From contig CALZHD010000034.1 of the NCBI GenBank assembly GCA_945787155.1, forward strand, positions 1 to 61,406: a stretch of 61,406 nt of DNA, read 5' to 3'. The DNA comes from an uncultured Gammaproteobacteria bacterium (lineage in GTDB: Bacteria; Pseudomonadota; Gammaproteobacteria; SZUA-140). The number at the start of each line of letters is the position of its first letter. Position 1 is the stretch's first letter. This document shows, piece after piece, positions 60,579-61,406 of this stretch. The notes beneath the pieces are model-generated. The model made no database searches and had not been told where the DNA came from. It worked only from the letters and a program-made list of their open reading frames with translations. The position numbers and the translations under genes are program-made.

Positions 60579-61187
60579 TTAACTCGACATTTTTCGCCAA
60601 CATAGCAGACGATTGTTAGCAGGCATTGGATAATCCTGTTGCAACATCATCCCAGCCTGCTGCGCCAGTAGGTCCACCGCCTCGAAGTCACGAATACCAC
60701 TATGCGGATCACGCTGTTTCAGATGCTGATCAAAATAGCGGTTACTTTCACTTGAATATTGATGGTTGTAGTTGAACGGCCCATAGAGCAGAAATAACCC
60801 ATCGACTGGAAGCAAGCGACCCACCCCGGAGAAAAGCATCTCCACCGCTTCCCAACTCATAATATGTACAGTATTGGCGGAGAAAACGGCATCGACCGCG
60901 AGCGGCGGCCAGACCTGTTTCGTCACATCAAGTGACAGTGGCGGGCGCGTATTGGCAAGCGCCGCCTCATCCAGCCAGGCGTGGATATCGGCATGGTTAA
61001 GCGCTCGATCACTGGTGTGCCACACCAGATGCGGCATCTTCGCAGCAAAGTAGATGGCATGCTGGCCCGTACCACTGCCAATTTCAAGCACGGCATTACA
61101 ATGACCCAACAACGGGCGAATGACCTCAAGAATCGGATCTCTGTTTTTGTCGCACGCGGCTGCATAGCCGCGGGGTTTATTAATCAT
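60579..61187 (-). CDS. DUF938 SAM-dependent methyltransferase
   Basis: AACDKNRDPIL, LEIGSGTGQH, YGPF, SN..FD..L, MPANN. Confidence 0.92.
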   Translation of the reverse strand: MINKPRGYAAACDKNRDPILEVIRPLLGHCNAVLEIGSGTGQHAIYFAAKMPHLVWHTSDRALNHADIHAWLDEAALANTRPPLSLDVTKQVWPPLAVDAVFSANTVHIMSWEAVEMLFSGVGRLLPVDGLFLLYGPFNYNHQYSSESNRYFDQHLKQRDPHSGIRDFEAVDLLAQQAGMMLQQDYPMPANNRLLCWRKMSS

Positions 61188-61406
61188 TAAAGTTGTATTC
61201 ACAATCAAATTTACTCTGCGTCCATTCTAACGTGGATGAGCAAGCGACGACACAAACACGATAATCAGATGACTTAATCCTATTTTCACAGCCTCTCATA
61301 CTGCGCTAGCGATTAAAAATGACGATAAAATGGCGTTCTAAAACAATAACAGTTGACATTTCACAGAACCCTACCATTTTCATATCAGGTTAGTGTACAC
61401 TCGAGC

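Overview
A 61.4-kb chromosomal window of a Gammaproteobacterium, most likely marine (inferred from gene content). From left to right it holds: a frameshifted IS30 element; an HxlR/membrane protein/MAPEG module; a sigma54-driven acyl-CoA operon resembling liu but lacking liuA and liuD; a DUF3592-lemA-M48 operon; a rearranged MSHA type IV pilus locus; csp-dbpA; kdnAB (Kdo8N LPS modification); a NikR-controlled nickel uptake cluster; tRNA-fMet; a truncated globin with a partner reductase; a glpK/GDPD/glpD-like cluster; a binding protein next to a GGDEF-EAL protein; and rapA-yaeQ. The strongest signals absent from the ORF track are: (1) a candidate ~83-nt sigma54-dependent sRNA with an exposed anti-Shine-Dalgarno seed (44448-44530); (2) an orphan one-spacer type I-E CRISPR mini-array with no cas genes in the window (60397-60486); (3) sigma28-like promoters in front of the MSHA sub-operons and the divergent lemA operon; (4) four NikR-type operators, two ahead of an LbtU-like porin; (5) four small lesions (IS30, mshO, yaeQ, a lipoprotein start). 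All calls come from reading the sequence and recalling family motifs. No database searches were run.
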